The translations under genes were made by a program, and so were the position numbers. A stretch of DNA of 64,000 nt, from positions 928,001 through 992,000 of the forward strand of contig OZ241993.1 in NCBI GenBank assembly GCA_965204575.1, given 5' to 3'. Source of the stretch: an uncultured candidatus Porisulfidus sp. GTDB lineage: Bacteria > Pseudomonadota > Gammaproteobacteria > Poriferisulfidales > Poriferisulfidaceae. This document shows, piece by piece, positions 54,669 to 63,888 of the stretch; the stretch's first letter is position 1; each line of letters starts with the position of its first letter. A model generated the notes under the pieces. It saw only the letters and a list, made by a program, of their open reading frames with translations, made no database searches and was not told the DNA's origin.

Positions 54669-55268
54669 ATGGCGGAATCAGGCGATGCGGTCCGGTTGAT
54701 CGCAGGGCTTGGCAACCCCGGTGCGGAATACGCCCGCACCCGACACAATGCAGGATTCTGGTTGGTCGATGCACTGGCCGACCGGCTGGGTGCGCAGCTG
54801 CAGCCTTCCAGGCAACTGAAAGGCGAAACCGCATCAGTCGAAGTGGAGGGGCATCCGCTTCGCCTGTTCAAGCCGAATTCCTACGTCAATGTCAGCGGCG
54901 CCCCGATTGCGGCGGCCTGCCGTTACTTTCGCATTCCCGCCTCGGCCCTGCTGGTTGCGCATGACGACATCGACCTGCCGGACGGTACGGCACGCCTGAA
55001 GTTTTCCGGAGGGCACGGCGGCCACAAGGGCATCCGCGATCTCTCCCAGCATCTCGGCAAGGACTTCTGGCGCCTGAAACTCGGTGTCGGGCACCCCGGG
55101 CGGGCTTCAGAAGTCGTGGGCTACGTGCTCAAGCCGCTGTCCAGTTCGGACCGTGCCGCGGTGGATCAGGCGGTGCAGCAGGTGTTGGAGCATGCCGGCA
55201 GTCTTGTCGCGGGGGACTTCCAGAGCGTCATGAACGCGCTGCATGACCCGAACGGCCTGACCGGATGA
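54669..55268 (+). CDS. pth: Peptidyl-tRNA hydrolase
   Basis: GLGNPG.EY..TRHNAGF, VAHDDID, GGHGGHKG, GVGHPG. Confidence 0.97.
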   Translation: MAESGDAVRLIAGLGNPGAEYARTRHNAGFWLVDALADRLGAQLQPSRQLKGETASVEVEGHPLRLFKPNSYVNVSGAPIAAACRYFRIPASALLVAHDDIDLPDGTARLKFSGGHGGHKGIRDLSQHLGKDFWRLKLGVGHPGRASEVVGYVLKPLSSSDRAAVDQAVQQVLEHAGSLVAGDFQSVMNALHDPNGLTG

Positions 55269-56359
55269 GCCTCAAGTGTGGCATCGTCGGGTTGCCCAAC
55301 GTCGGGAAATCCACACTGTTCAATGCCCTGACCTGTGCCGAAGCGGCCGCCCAGAATTATCCGTTCTGCACGATCGACCCGAACCAGGGCGTGGTGCCGG
55401 TTCCGGATCGTCGGCTTGACCGTTTGGCGGATCTGGCGGGATCGGCGCGGCGGATCCCGGCCACGGTGGAGTTCGTCGACATCGCCGGACTGGTCCGGGG
55501 CGCTTCGCAAGGCGAGGGGCTCGGCAACCAGTTCCTTGCGCATATCCGCGAGGCGGATGCCATCGCCCAGGTCGTGCGGTGCTTCGAGGACGACAATGTC
55601 GTCCATGTAGACGGGGCGATCGACCCGGTCCGGGATTGCGAGACGATCCAGACGGAACTGCTCTTGGCCGACTTGGGGACGGTGGAGCGGTCGCTTGAGA
55701 AGTGGCGGCGGCAGGCCAAGACCGGCGACAAGGAAGCCCGCGCGGCGCAGACCGTGCTGGAGGCGGCCCGCGAAAATCTCGATCAGGGCGTCCCGGTGTG
55801 CGAGCAGAGGTTGGGCGAAGCGGAGCGAGGCGTGTTGGGCCCGCTTTTCCTGCTGACGGCCAAGCCGTCCCTGTTCATCGCCAATGTCGGCGAGGAGGGC
55901 TTTTCCGGCGGGAATGACGCCCTGCGTGCATTGGAGGGATACGCGCGCGGGAAAGAAACCGCTGTCATTCCGATCTGCGCGGCGCTGGAATCCGAGATTT
56001 CCCGGATAGACATGGAAAGCCGGAAGGATTTTCTGGCGGACTTGGGCCTGTCCGCACCGGGGCTGGATCGGTTAATCGAGGCGGCCTATCGGCTTCTGGG
56101 TTGCATGACGTATTTCACGGCGGGGCCGAAAGAGGCGAGGGCGTGGACAATTCGCGGGGGCATGCGCGCCCCGCAGGCAGCAGGCGTGATCCATACCGAT
56201 TTTGAAAAAGGGTTTATCTGTGCGGAAGTGATCGCCTATGGGGATTACATTGCCTGTGGCGGGGAGGCGGGCGCCCGGGAGGCGGGCAAGAGTCGCACGG
56301 AAGGCCGGGACTACGAAGTTCAGGAAGCGGATGTGATCCATTTCCGCTTTAACGTATGA
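55265..56359 (+). CDS. ychF: Redox-regulated ATPase YchF
   Basis: GIVGLPNVGKST, NYPFCTIDPN, DIAGLV, YFTAG, APQAAG.IHTDFE, FRFNV. Confidence 0.98.
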   Translation: MSLKCGIVGLPNVGKSTLFNALTCAEAAAQNYPFCTIDPNQGVVPVPDRRLDRLADLAGSARRIPATVEFVDIAGLVRGASQGEGLGNQFLAHIREADAIAQVVRCFEDDNVVHVDGAIDPVRDCETIQTELLLADLGTVERSLEKWRRQAKTGDKEARAAQTVLEAARENLDQGVPVCEQRLGEAERGVLGPLFLLTAKPSLFIANVGEEGFSGGNDALRALEGYARGKETAVIPICAALESEISRIDMESRKDFLADLGLSAPGLDRLIEAAYRLLGCMTYFTAGPKEARAWTIRGGMRAPQAAGVIHTDFEKGFICAEVIAYGDYIACGGEAGAREAGKSRTEGRDYEVQEADVIHFRFNV

Positions 56360-56395
56360 GGGGCAAAATCAGGAAATTTGCGGCCCGCAATCGTT

Positions 56396-56692
56396 TCAGG
56401 CAGCCAAAGCGGCCCCGAATTTTTGGACCTTGATCTTCTCTTCCCGCTGCAGCGCGTGCCAAAGGTCGTACTGCATCTGCTGCAACAGCCAGGTTTCCGG
56501 GCTTCCACCGAATCCCTTGGACAGCCGAATGGCCATTTCTGGAGAAATTCCGAGGCGACCGTTGAGCAGCATGGATAACGTGTTTCGCGAGACTCCGAGG
56601 CCTTCGGCGGTTTCGGTCACCGTCAGTTCCAAGGGATCGAGGCATGTCCGACGAATGAATTCGCCCGGATGGGGTGGGTTATGCATGAGCAT
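56396..56692 (-). CDS. higA: HigA-family antitoxin
   Basis: [34 protein letters not shown]; AGGAGG RBS. Confidence 0.92.
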   Translation of the reverse strand: MLMHNPPHPGEFIRRTCLDPLELTVTETAEGLGVSRNTLSMLLNGRLGISPEMAIRLSKGFGGSPETWLLQQMQYDLWHALQREEKIKVQKFGAALAA

Positions 56693-56706
56693 GTTCTTCC
56701 TCCTTC

Positions 56707-56985
56707 CTAGTGGCAGTCCAAATAATTAACGTCGGCGACCCCGCCTTCGGTAAAGCGAAAGACGATTCGCCAGTTCTTCCCTACCGAAATGGCCCAATGG
56801 CCTGCACGATTGCCTTTCAGTGGGTGGAGCGAAAAGCCAAGAAGATCCAGATCTTCGGGAGTGGTTGCCACGTTCAGGCGAGTCAGCACGTCCTGCACGG
56901 CTTGTCGATGTTCAGCAGGGATGCGTCTTGCGTCTCCTCGCAGGAAAAATCGCTTCAATGCCCTGCTCCTGAAATTCCGAATCAC
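56707..56985 (-). CDS. higB: HigB-family (RelE/ParE-like) toxin
   Basis: IRNFR.RALKRFF..G, LHPLKG.R.G.W.I.V..NWRIVF.F, YLD.H; toxin-first gene order. Confidence 0.9.
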   Translation of the reverse strand: MIRNFRSRALKRFFLRGDARRIPAEHRQAVQDVLTRLNVATTPEDLDLLGFSLHPLKGNRAGHWAISVGKNWRIVFRFTEGGVADVNYLDCH

Positions 56986-56989
56986 GACA

Positions 56990-57018
56990 AGTGTAATATG
57001 TATTATTACGATTGTCAA
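56990..57018 (-). promoter_or_regulatory. higBA promoter with operator
   Basis: TTGACA-17 nt-TACACT on the minus strand; inverted repeat GTAATA-n5-TATTAC overlaps the spacer. Confidence 0.7.
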
Positions 57019-57052
57019 TCCAATCGATGTCTTGGGTTTTCGGGGCGGGCTC

Positions 57053-57421
57053 CTACGGATAGGTCAGGTAGTATGGAATCGGTATGGGGAAACCTGGATA
57101 GTGTTTGATCACGTCCTCGATCGGCTTGATCCGGTGGTGGCCCCGCTTGGCGTACTCCACGTACTTCCGGTACCAGCGTTCCTTCTCGCTCCACCCCCGG
57201 AAGTTCTTTGCGGCAAATGACCGGGTGGAATTCGAGACCGACCCGGCAACCCCGCCCGCTTCGACGATCTGCTGATGGCAGGCCTGATCGGTCAATCCGA
57301 GTTCGACGCACTTGGGGTACGTGTGCGGAGTGGAGCCCGGAGTCTCGTCCGCGGCCAAGCTGGCGCCCGAACCCGTCAGGATTATGGATACGAGCAGCAT
57401 GAAAAGGTTGAATGGCGTCAT
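57053..57421 (-). CDS. Hypothetical exported protein at the end of the pilus operon
   Basis: AGGAG RBS, Sec signal ending SLA-A, two Cys; starts 16 nt after the PilV-like stop. Confidence 0.7.
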   Translation of the reverse strand: MTPFNLFMLLVSIILTGSGASLAADETPGSTPHTYPKCVELGLTDQACHQQIVEAGGVAGSVSNSTRSFAAKNFRGWSEKERWYRKYVEYAKRGHHRIKPIEDVIKHYPGFPIPIPYYLTYP

Positions 57422-57437
57422 TTTCTAAAACTCCTGC

Positions 57438-58313
57438 TTAATACGAGCATTTGACGAACACGGCGATAGTGGCCGTGTCCGAGGTGGCGGTTTCCGCGCC
57501 TCCGGAACCGGTGACGACGGCCCGGACCCGCCAAGAATTGGCGAGTTCGTCCACCGGCAGTTGAATGCCGTGCAGCGCCCGGCCGCTCGGTGCCGAGACC
57601 CGGTTCAGCGCGGTGAGGATTCTTGGGATCATGCCGTTCGGGCAGGTCGGCTTGCGGATCAGGTCGCCGGGACCGGCCACGGTGGCGAACTGCACGGAAT
57701 TGAGCAGGGTCTGCCCGGTCTCGGTCACTATGTCGCGGGCACCGAACAGGTATTGGTTGCCCAGGTTCCAGGTCGCGGTCGGGCTCTCGGAGCCGTCCAG
57801 CGGCATGAATTCGCCGCCTCCGCCGCCCGGACTCGCGGGTTTGGGGTAATGGACGGTGAGGACGGCACCGGAAGCCGAGGCACCCGGGATTTTCCGGGCG
57901 AGATGGACCGCCTGTTCGGTGTTTTCGGCGGTGGCCGTGATGGTGAAGTGTCCGGAATCGCAAGACAGGGCGTATTCGGTCGGGTTCCCTCCAGAGTTCA
58001 GGTACGGGGAATATTTGGGGGCTCCCTTGAGAAGGCCTTTCGCGTGCAATTCCCCGTAGGCTCCTTGGCACAGGAGTATTTCGAGCGGCCATTTGCCTTC
58101 GTTGATGGCGTAGTGCTGCGCCGCGTTGGCCAGCCGGTAGATTTCCCCGGCTGCCTGCTCGGTCCGGTCGCGTTCGATATCGTCGGTTAAACGGCGGGTC
58201 ATGCTGAGCTGCAGGGTTCCGGCGAGGATCGAAAACAGCGCCAAGGTGACGGCCAGTTCCAACAGGCTGAAGCCGGATTGGCGCGCACACCGACCCACTC
58301 CAGAATGTTTCAT
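57438..58313 (-). CDS. PilV-like minor pilin / tip adhesin
   Basis: QSG-FSLLEL prepilin motif; C-terminal KPTCP...P.I...W.V...VKC domain. Confidence 0.75.
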   Translation of the reverse strand: MKHSGVGRCARQSGFSLLELAVTLALFSILAGTLQLSMTRRLTDDIERDRTEQAAGEIYRLANAAQHYAINEGKWPLEILLCQGAYGELHAKGLLKGAPKYSPYLNSGGNPTEYALSCDSGHFTITATAENTEQAVHLARKIPGASASGAVLTVHYPKPASPGGGGGEFMPLDGSESPTATWNLGNQYLFGARDIVTETGQTLLNSVQFATVAGPGDLIRKPTCPNGMIPRILTALNRVSAPSGRALHGIQLPVDELANSWRVRAVVTGSGGAETATSDTATIAVFVKCSY

Positions 58314-58765
58314 TTGCCCTTCTCCAGGATTTCGCGCAGCCGGCGCGCCCGCCAGAACGGGATGCGGAGTTCCGAGACTGGAAAAGATGCCCTCACCACT
58401 TCGGTCTGTGTGACTGTGCTGCCGTCGGGAAGATTGGTCTTGATGTCGATCAGAATGCGGGGGTCGTCACCGCCGAGCGCGACCCGGTAGGTTTGTCCGT
58501 CACCCAGCCGGGTCGGAACCGGGAGGTGAGGCAGGGCGGTTTGCAGGTCGGCGGCGGTGGCGACGTCACCGGTGAGCAGGCCGTCCCGGTGTGCACGGGC
58601 GGCCAGCGACGCGACATACCGGCTCTCAGCCCACTTCGCATGGGTTTTTCCCGCATCAATGCGTGCACTGGCGAATGAGCCGATTAGGCCAATTGCGAGG
58701 CCCGCCATCGCCAGTGCGGCCAGCACTTCCGGCAAGGTGAACCCTTGTTGCGTGATGGTTCTCAT
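58310..58765 (-). CDS. Minor type IV prepilin
   Basis: MRTITQQG-FTLPEVLAALA hydrophobic helix; ATG 58765 overlaps the upstream stop. Confidence 0.82.
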   Translation of the reverse strand: MRTITQQGFTLPEVLAALAMAGLAIGLIGSFASARIDAGKTHAKWAESRYVASLAARAHRDGLLTGDVATAADLQTALPHLPVPTRLGDGQTYRVALGGDDPRILIDIKTNLPDGSTVTQTEVVRASFPVSELRIPFWRARRLREILEKGK

Positions 58766-59907
58766 CGGACGGAAATCGAGTAGATCGGAACCAGAAATCC
58801 CTTGACGAGCAACAACATGAGGGTCAGGATCAACCCGGAGTAAAACCAGCGGGTCCAGCGCACGGTTCGTTCCAGGTGCCAGCTGATTTCGGTGTGCAGG
58901 TTGGTTTGTATGGTCGAGAACAAATGTGGAAGCTGTGCCGTCGACGCATCCTCGAACCGGTACAGCCCGACCGTCAGGGTACGGCTGAAATAGCGCTCGG
59001 ACAGGCTCTGTGAAAGACTGTGTCCGGTGCGCAGGCGCGTGTACAGGTACTGGCTGGCACGCTTTCCGAGCAGGGGATGCAGCGAGCGCACCAGGTCGGC
59101 GAGATGGACGCCCTTGCGGAAGGCCGGGGCGAGGACGGCGAGCAGTGCGGAGGAACGTTGCCCACGCACCAGGGCATCGATGTCGCGTAGCGGAGGGAGT
59201 GTCCGGATGCGGTCCCAGAACCGGTATCCGGTGAAGGCGGATACGGCGACCATGCCCAGCGTAAGGGGCAGATAGCGGGTCAGCAGGGCATGCAGGGTCA
59301 TCAAAATGTCGGTCGCGAGAGTCGTTTGGATCTCGACGCGGCCAGACAAGCGGTCGAGCAGCATCTGGAACAGGAATGGCGTGAGGGCGAACAGGCCGAG
59401 TGCGGCCACCGTGTACAAACCGGCGCGCAACAGAGGGACATGGAGTTTCTCCCGGCTTTGCCGTTGGCGATCCAGAAACTCTGCTGCCTGCAGCAACATG
59501 TCGGGAACCTGCCCGAGACGCTCCCCCTCGCGGCACAAAGCAACGGCGAAAGGATGCAGGTTGAGATGCAACAGGAGTTCGTTGGGGGCCAAGCCCGCCA
59601 ATCCTGCAGCACTTCGGGAGTGCCGGTTCCTCCGCAGCGTTGGGAGTTGTGCGACCATCCGGTCCAGTTCCTCGGGCGTCAGGCTGCCGCGGCTCAGTTG
59701 CATGGACATCTGGGCCAGAAGCAGACGCTGTTCATTGAGATCGACCCGTCGCAGGCCCAGCCACTCCTTCCAATGCCGCCGGACCGACAGCACCCGGCGG
59801 TGGGCGACCGCCGGGTGCCGGCGCGCGGAATCCGGGCTGTCCGCATCCACTGCAAGCGGAATGGTCGCACCTTGCGGCGACAGGCAACGCACGGTGTAAA
59901 GGGTCAT
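58762..59907 (-). CDS. Type IV pilus/T2SS inner-membrane platform protein (GspF/PilC/PilR-like)
   Basis: GE..G.....L..AA.FL T2SSF-like motif, three TM segments, G.SLSQ; start ATG 59907. Confidence 0.78.
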   Translation of the reverse strand: MTLYTVRCLSPQGATIPLAVDADSPDSARRHPAVAHRRVLSVRRHWKEWLGLRRVDLNEQRLLLAQMSMQLSRGSLTPEELDRMVAQLPTLRRNRHSRSAAGLAGLAPNELLLHLNLHPFAVALCREGERLGQVPDMLLQAAEFLDRQRQSREKLHVPLLRAGLYTVAALGLFALTPFLFQMLLDRLSGRVEIQTTLATDILMTLHALLTRYLPLTLGMVAVSAFTGYRFWDRIRTLPPLRDIDALVRGQRSSALLAVLAPAFRKGVHLADLVRSLHPLLGKRASQYLYTRLRTGHSLSQSLSERYFSRTLTVGLYRFEDASTAQLPHLFSTIQTNLHTEISWHLERTVRWTRWFYSGLILTLMLLLVKGFLVPIYSISVR

Positions 59908-59909
59908 AG

Positions 59910-60371
59910 TCAGGGAATCCGATAATTCACCGTCAGCGTATCGTTGCTGCTGTCGTAGGTGGCCGAACTGACGGCCGAACCCGATGCCTTCCCGAGGGAG
60001 GTGGCGAGGTCGGGACCGAAGGCATCGGGATCTTCGGCACTGGAAATCACCCAGCTGAGGCTGACGGTTCGCGCGGCGGGAGTCCCCAACGTCCAAACAT
60101 CGCCGAACGGCCCGTTCGCGGAGACGCCGGCATCCGTGATGTCCTGCTTGACGACGCCGGCCAGGCTGCCGTTGATTGCGCGATACGAGATCAGGGCGGA
60201 CGGAACGTCGTTGAGCAGGGTGTCCTTGCTGCTGGCCATTGCCAGCTCCGTCTCGGCCGTCCCGAAACTCGTGACGACAGTTGAGACAAGAATGCCGATC
60301 AGCGCGATGACGGCCAGGATTTCCGGCAGGGTGAATCCGCGTTGGCGGAGGCTTGGGCTTGGTTGTTTCAT
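59910..60371 (-). CDS. Probable major type IV prepilin
   Basis: RQRG-FTLPEILAVIALIGIL; 153 aa; GGAG RBS. Confidence 0.85.
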   Translation of the reverse strand: MKQPSPSLRQRGFTLPEILAVIALIGILVSTVVTSFGTAETELAMASSKDTLLNDVPSALISYRAINGSLAGVVKQDITDAGVSANGPFGDVWTLGTPAARTVSLSWVISSAEDPDAFGPDLATSLGKASGSAVSSATYDSSNDTLTVNYRIP

Positions 60372-62071
60372 GATGCGTGGTTCTCCGTGAAAGTGAGTTG
60401 AAGAGGAAGGGTGTGCGACTCGGGAACCTGGACGGGTTCACCGGGGGGTTCGGGCAGGATGCGCAGGCATTCGGCCCAGGTGGTCTGTCCGGCGCGGACC
60501 AGGTCTGTGGCGTGATCCCAAAGACCGTGAAATCCCTGGGTGCGGGCGGTGTCGTACAGTTGCGCCAGACCGGCACCGTCGGCGATACTGCCGGCGAGCC
60601 GGGGTTCCAGGAACAGGGTCTCCGCGATGCAAATGCGTCCGCGATAGCCGCTGTGCTCGCAGCGCTCGCATCCCTCCGGGCGGGCGACCGGCCAGCGTTC
60701 GCCCGGCGGCAGCCCGAGCAGGCTAGTGGCTTCCCAACTGGCTTCGTCGTAACCGTGCGTGGCGCAAAAAGGACAGACCTGGCGGACCAGCCGCTGCGCG
60801 CTGACGGCGGCCAGGGTGTCGGCGATCAGGTGGGAGTGGACGCCGAGGTTGCGCAGGCGCTCGATGGCGCCAAGGCTGTTGTTGGTATGCAGGGTGGAGA
60901 GCACCAGGTGACCGGTCAGGCTCGCCCGGCAGGCGAGCCGCGCCGTCTCCTCGTCCCGGATCTCGCCGATCAAAATGACGTCCGGGTCGGCGCGCAGGAG
61001 CGCTCGCAGACCTGCCGCGTAACTCATGCCGATATCGTCATTGATCTGAATCTGGTCGATGCCCGGGATCTGCACCTCGATAGGGTCCTCCAGCGTCTTG
61101 ACGGAGACCTGGCTGCGGTTGCGCCGAAGGATCTCCATCACCAGCGCATAGAAGGTCGTGGTTTTGCCCGCTCCGGTCGGGCCGGTCAGCAGGAACAGGC
61201 CGCTGTTCATGGTGACGATTCGGCGCAACGACTTGACGAAGGCGGGCCCCAAGGCCAGTTGGCCCAGGGTCTGCACCGAACGCTGGTAGCCGGCCGCGAT
61301 GCGCAGCGTGAACGAGCCCCAGATCTTGCGGCCTATGGTGACCGGGCACATGTTGACCCGGATGAAGAAGACCTGCCCCCTCAGGGACATCTCCAGGCTG
61401 CCGTCCTTCGGCGTGTTGTAGACCCCGTGCTGGTTCCCGGACAGGGTCAGCAGGGTGTTGGAGATCAGCCGGTAGTTGCATCTTTCCGACATCACCATGC
61501 GTTCCTCGCGCAGGGTCAGGAGCAGGCCGTTTCGGCGCATCTTGATTTCCACGGCCTCGTTGTCGCGCGGCACGATGTGAAGGTCACTGGCCTGATGGTC
61601 GATGGCGAGCGTGAGCCATTCGTGCAGAACCTGTTCCGCTTCCGGGGACAGCGACGGGTCTTGGGCCTTTTCGGGGTGGGCGTTGGGCTGGATCGGGATC
61701 AGCCCGGTTTCTCCGCGGTATCGACTCAAGGCATCCCTCGGCAGTGCCAGTTGCGGATTGCGGATCAGGTGTTGGCAGGCGAACGGGTCGGTCACGAACA
61801 ATCGGCCGTCGGCCCAGGCCACGGCACCGTCCGCGGCATAGTTCAGGGAGCCGTGCAGGTTCTCGGAGTACACCGGCATCGAGAAGGCCTCCGACAGGGC
61901 CAGCGTGACCGATTCCACGTCGGCGCCGGCCCGCAGCAGGCGGGGGACAATCGCCTCGGGGGTGTCCGGGCAGGCCAGTTGCATGGCATTCGACGGCAGG
62001 GCACCGGAATTGACGAGTGTCTGGCGGACCGCCTCGAAGCGTTGCACGATCCGACCGGGCAGGACGCTCAC
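60368..62071 (-). CDS. GspE/PilB-family assembly ATPase
   Basis: ASDLHI, GPTGAGKTTT, TLEDPIE, LRADPDVILIGEIRD, TGHLVLSTLHTN, CxxC...CxxC, GYRGR. Confidence 0.95.
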   Translation of the reverse strand: MSVLPGRIVQRFEAVRQTLVNSGALPSNAMQLACPDTPEAIVPRLLRAGADVESVTLALSEAFSMPVYSENLHGSLNYAADGAVAWADGRLFVTDPFACQHLIRNPQLALPRDALSRYRGETGLIPIQPNAHPEKAQDPSLSPEAEQVLHEWLTLAIDHQASDLHIVPRDNEAVEIKMRRNGLLLTLREERMVMSERCNYRLISNTLLTLSGNQHGVYNTPKDGSLEMSLRGQVFFIRVNMCPVTIGRKIWGSFTLRIAAGYQRSVQTLGQLALGPAFVKSLRRIVTMNSGLFLLTGPTGAGKTTTFYALVMEILRRNRSQVSVKTLEDPIEVQIPGIDQIQINDDIGMSYAAGLRALLRADPDVILIGEIRDEETARLACRASLTGHLVLSTLHTNNSLGAIERLRNLGVHSHLIADTLAAVSAQRLVRQVCPFCATHGYDEASWEATSLLGLPPGERWPVARPEGCERCEHSGYRGRICIAETLFLEPRLAGSIADGAGLAQLYDTARTQGFHGLWDHATDLVRAGQTTWAECLRILPEPPGEPVQVPESHTLPLQLTFTENHAS

Positions 62072-62538
62072 GGCCCCGTCCTCTCAAGCGGGATCCGAAA
62101 CCGCATTCCATCGGAGCCTTGGACTTCGAGCGCGTCAATGCCGATCGAATGGATTTGCCAAGGTCCAAGTTGCTGTCCAGCACGCACCTCGACGTGCTGG
62201 TCGCTATCGAGACGCAATTGCGCGCGTCCCTGGTAGATGTTGACGAGTCGCGGCAGGTCTGGGGTTCGCGCCGGGATCGGGTTTGGACGGTCTGCTTCTT
62301 CGGACGGCAACGGGATTAATTCCGCACCCGGGCAGGGATAGCCGGTCTGCCGGCATTCCTGGAGTTTCTTCGCAATCCGCAACTGGACTTCAAGGAGCGC
62401 GTCGGTGGCGTGCAGGCGCTGCAATTCGTGAACATGGGTCTCGGCCTCCTGGAGGATTCGCCGGGAGACTTCTCCGGCAGGATCGCCGTCCGCCAGCACC
62501 GGGGCGGACAGGACAGCCGTCAGCAAGACCGCCCTCAT
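62068..62538 (-). CDS. PilP-like exported pilus accessory protein
   Basis: Signal peptide, coiled helix, Pro-rich linker, C-terminal P.L..IY..RA.L....V..G beta domain; stop overlaps the ATPase start. Confidence 0.55.
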   Translation of the reverse strand: MRAVLLTAVLSAPVLADGDPAGEVSRRILQEAETHVHELQRLHATDALLEVQLRIAKKLQECRQTGYPCPGAELIPLPSEEADRPNPIPARTPDLPRLVNIYQGRAQLRLDSDQHVEVRAGQQLGPWQIHSIGIDALEVQGSDGMRFRIPLERTGP

Positions 62539-63044
62539 GTTTCACCCTTGACGTCGGGGTTCGCGCCGAGCACGAACAGCACGGCATGCGCGGCTCCACC
62601 CGAGGCCCGGATCTCGTCCACGATCAGCGGCACCTGTGGTTGGGCGGTTCGGCACAGCCAGACGATGGATGGAAACGTCCCGCGCAGCGCAACTTTCCAC
62701 ACCGTGCCACCGAAACTGCCGATTCGTCGCTGGACTGCTTCCGGGTAGAAGCTTGGGTCCGCTTCGACAACCTTCATCTCATGCACCCCCGGCAGGGCCC
62801 GGGCCAGCTGGCGCAGTTGCCGCAATTGCCAGTGGATGGGACGCACCGGCGGCAGGCTTTCGAGACGTTGCCGGGATTGTGCGAGCCGAGCGTACTGTTC
62901 GGAAATTCCGACTAAGTCCGGGGTGGCACGCTTTTGGTCAAGCATGGTTACGACGAGGCCCGCGAGGCTCAGGCATAGGATGCTGAACAGCACGGGCAGC
63001 CCTTGCTGCTGCCACCGGCTACCAGACAATGCGAAGCGAGCCAT
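62535..63044 (-). CDS. Bitopic pilus alignment protein (PilO/GspM-like by position)
   Basis: Single N-terminal TM, coiled segment, overlapping operon junctions. Confidence 0.5.
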   Translation of the reverse strand: MARFALSGSRWQQQGLPVLFSILCLSLAGLVVTMLDQKRATPDLVGISEQYARLAQSRQRLESLPPVRPIHWQLRQLRQLARALPGVHEMKVVEADPSFYPEAVQRRIGSFGGTVWKVALRGTFPSIVWLCRTAQPQVPLIVDEIRASGGAAHAVLFVLGANPDVKGET

Positions 63045-63888
63045 CGGGCTGGTGCGTGATCTGCCGGGCTGTCAGCCCGGCCGGAGGAGTGGGCGGGAGC
63101 GTGTCGAGCGGGTACACGATGGCCGTCAGCGTCGGGGCGGCCAGTACAGAGACTTGCGGCAGTTCGATTGGCTGGAAGTTCCAGGACAGGACCAGTAACT
63201 GGTCGAGACGGCGTGACTGGTCGATGGGTTCAATGCGCCCGCCGGCTTCCAAACGGGCGAGATCCTGTTGCAGCTGGACGGTCTGTTCGCGCAGGCGTTC
63301 GGCCTGCTGTACCTTCTGTGCATGGCGATGGCTCAGGATATGGTCGGCCGCGGTACCGGCGAACGCGCTGCCGAGAACCATGATGCCAGCGGCTGTCAGA
63401 GCCCGAAGACGGGCGCGGGCCTTTTGAGCCCGGCGGTATCGCAGGGTTTGGATCGGCTGCGACGGAAGGCTGAGGACCTCGGGGGTCGGGTCGATCCAAA
63501 TTGGCTCGGGTGCAGTGTCGGTCAGCGCGAACGCATCCAGCAGGGTTTCGCCCGTGATCCGTCCGCTGCAGGCGTTGCCGGTTTCGCGAAGGAGGTAGCG
63601 TCCTCCGTGCAGCTCGGCATCCGTGGTGACTTGGTACAGACCGGGTTTCTGCGGGATGAGCCCGGATGCGATCAGGATTTGCCAGAGCCCGTACAGGGGC
63701 AGACCAGGGTAGAGTTCGGACAGGGCGTCGACGGATTCTTGCTCGACATAGAGGGGCAGTTCCGGATCATCTGAGGCGACGGCCATCAGGCGTTCGGCTA
63801 AAGCACCGGTGAGATGTGTCAGCACCAGGTCGTCCACCAGGATTACCTGGTGTGAGCCGATCCGGGTGGGGCGGTCGAGCGGAATCAT
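63019..63888 (-). CDS. Pilus alignment protein (cytoplasmic domain + TM + coiled coil; PilM/N- or GspL-like by position)
   Basis: ATG 63888 in a TGATG overlap; basic patch, then TM, then Q-rich coiled coil. Confidence 0.55.
   Translation of the reverse strand: MIPLDRPTRIGSHQVILVDDLVLTHLTGALAERLMAVASDDPELPLYVEQESVDALSELYPGLPLYGLWQILIASGLIPQKPGLYQVTTDAELHGGRYLLRETGNACSGRITGETLLDAFALTDTAPEPIWIDPTPEVLSLPSQPIQTLRYRRAQKARARLRALTAAGIMVLGSAFAGTAADHILSHRHAQKVQQAERLREQTVQLQQDLARLEAGGRIEPIDQSRRLDQLLVLSWNFQPIELPQVSVLAAPTLTAIVYPLDTLPPTPPAGLTARQITHQPDGSLRIVW

Noticed and set aside
57053-57900. Shufflon downstream of the PilV-like gene
   Set aside because: No sfx-type repeats, alternative C-terminal cassettes or rci recombinase visible
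58762-60576. 604-aa ORF suggesting a pilin-platform fusion
   Set aside because: The upstream part is an off-frame reading over the pilin gene; the platform protein starts at ATG 59907
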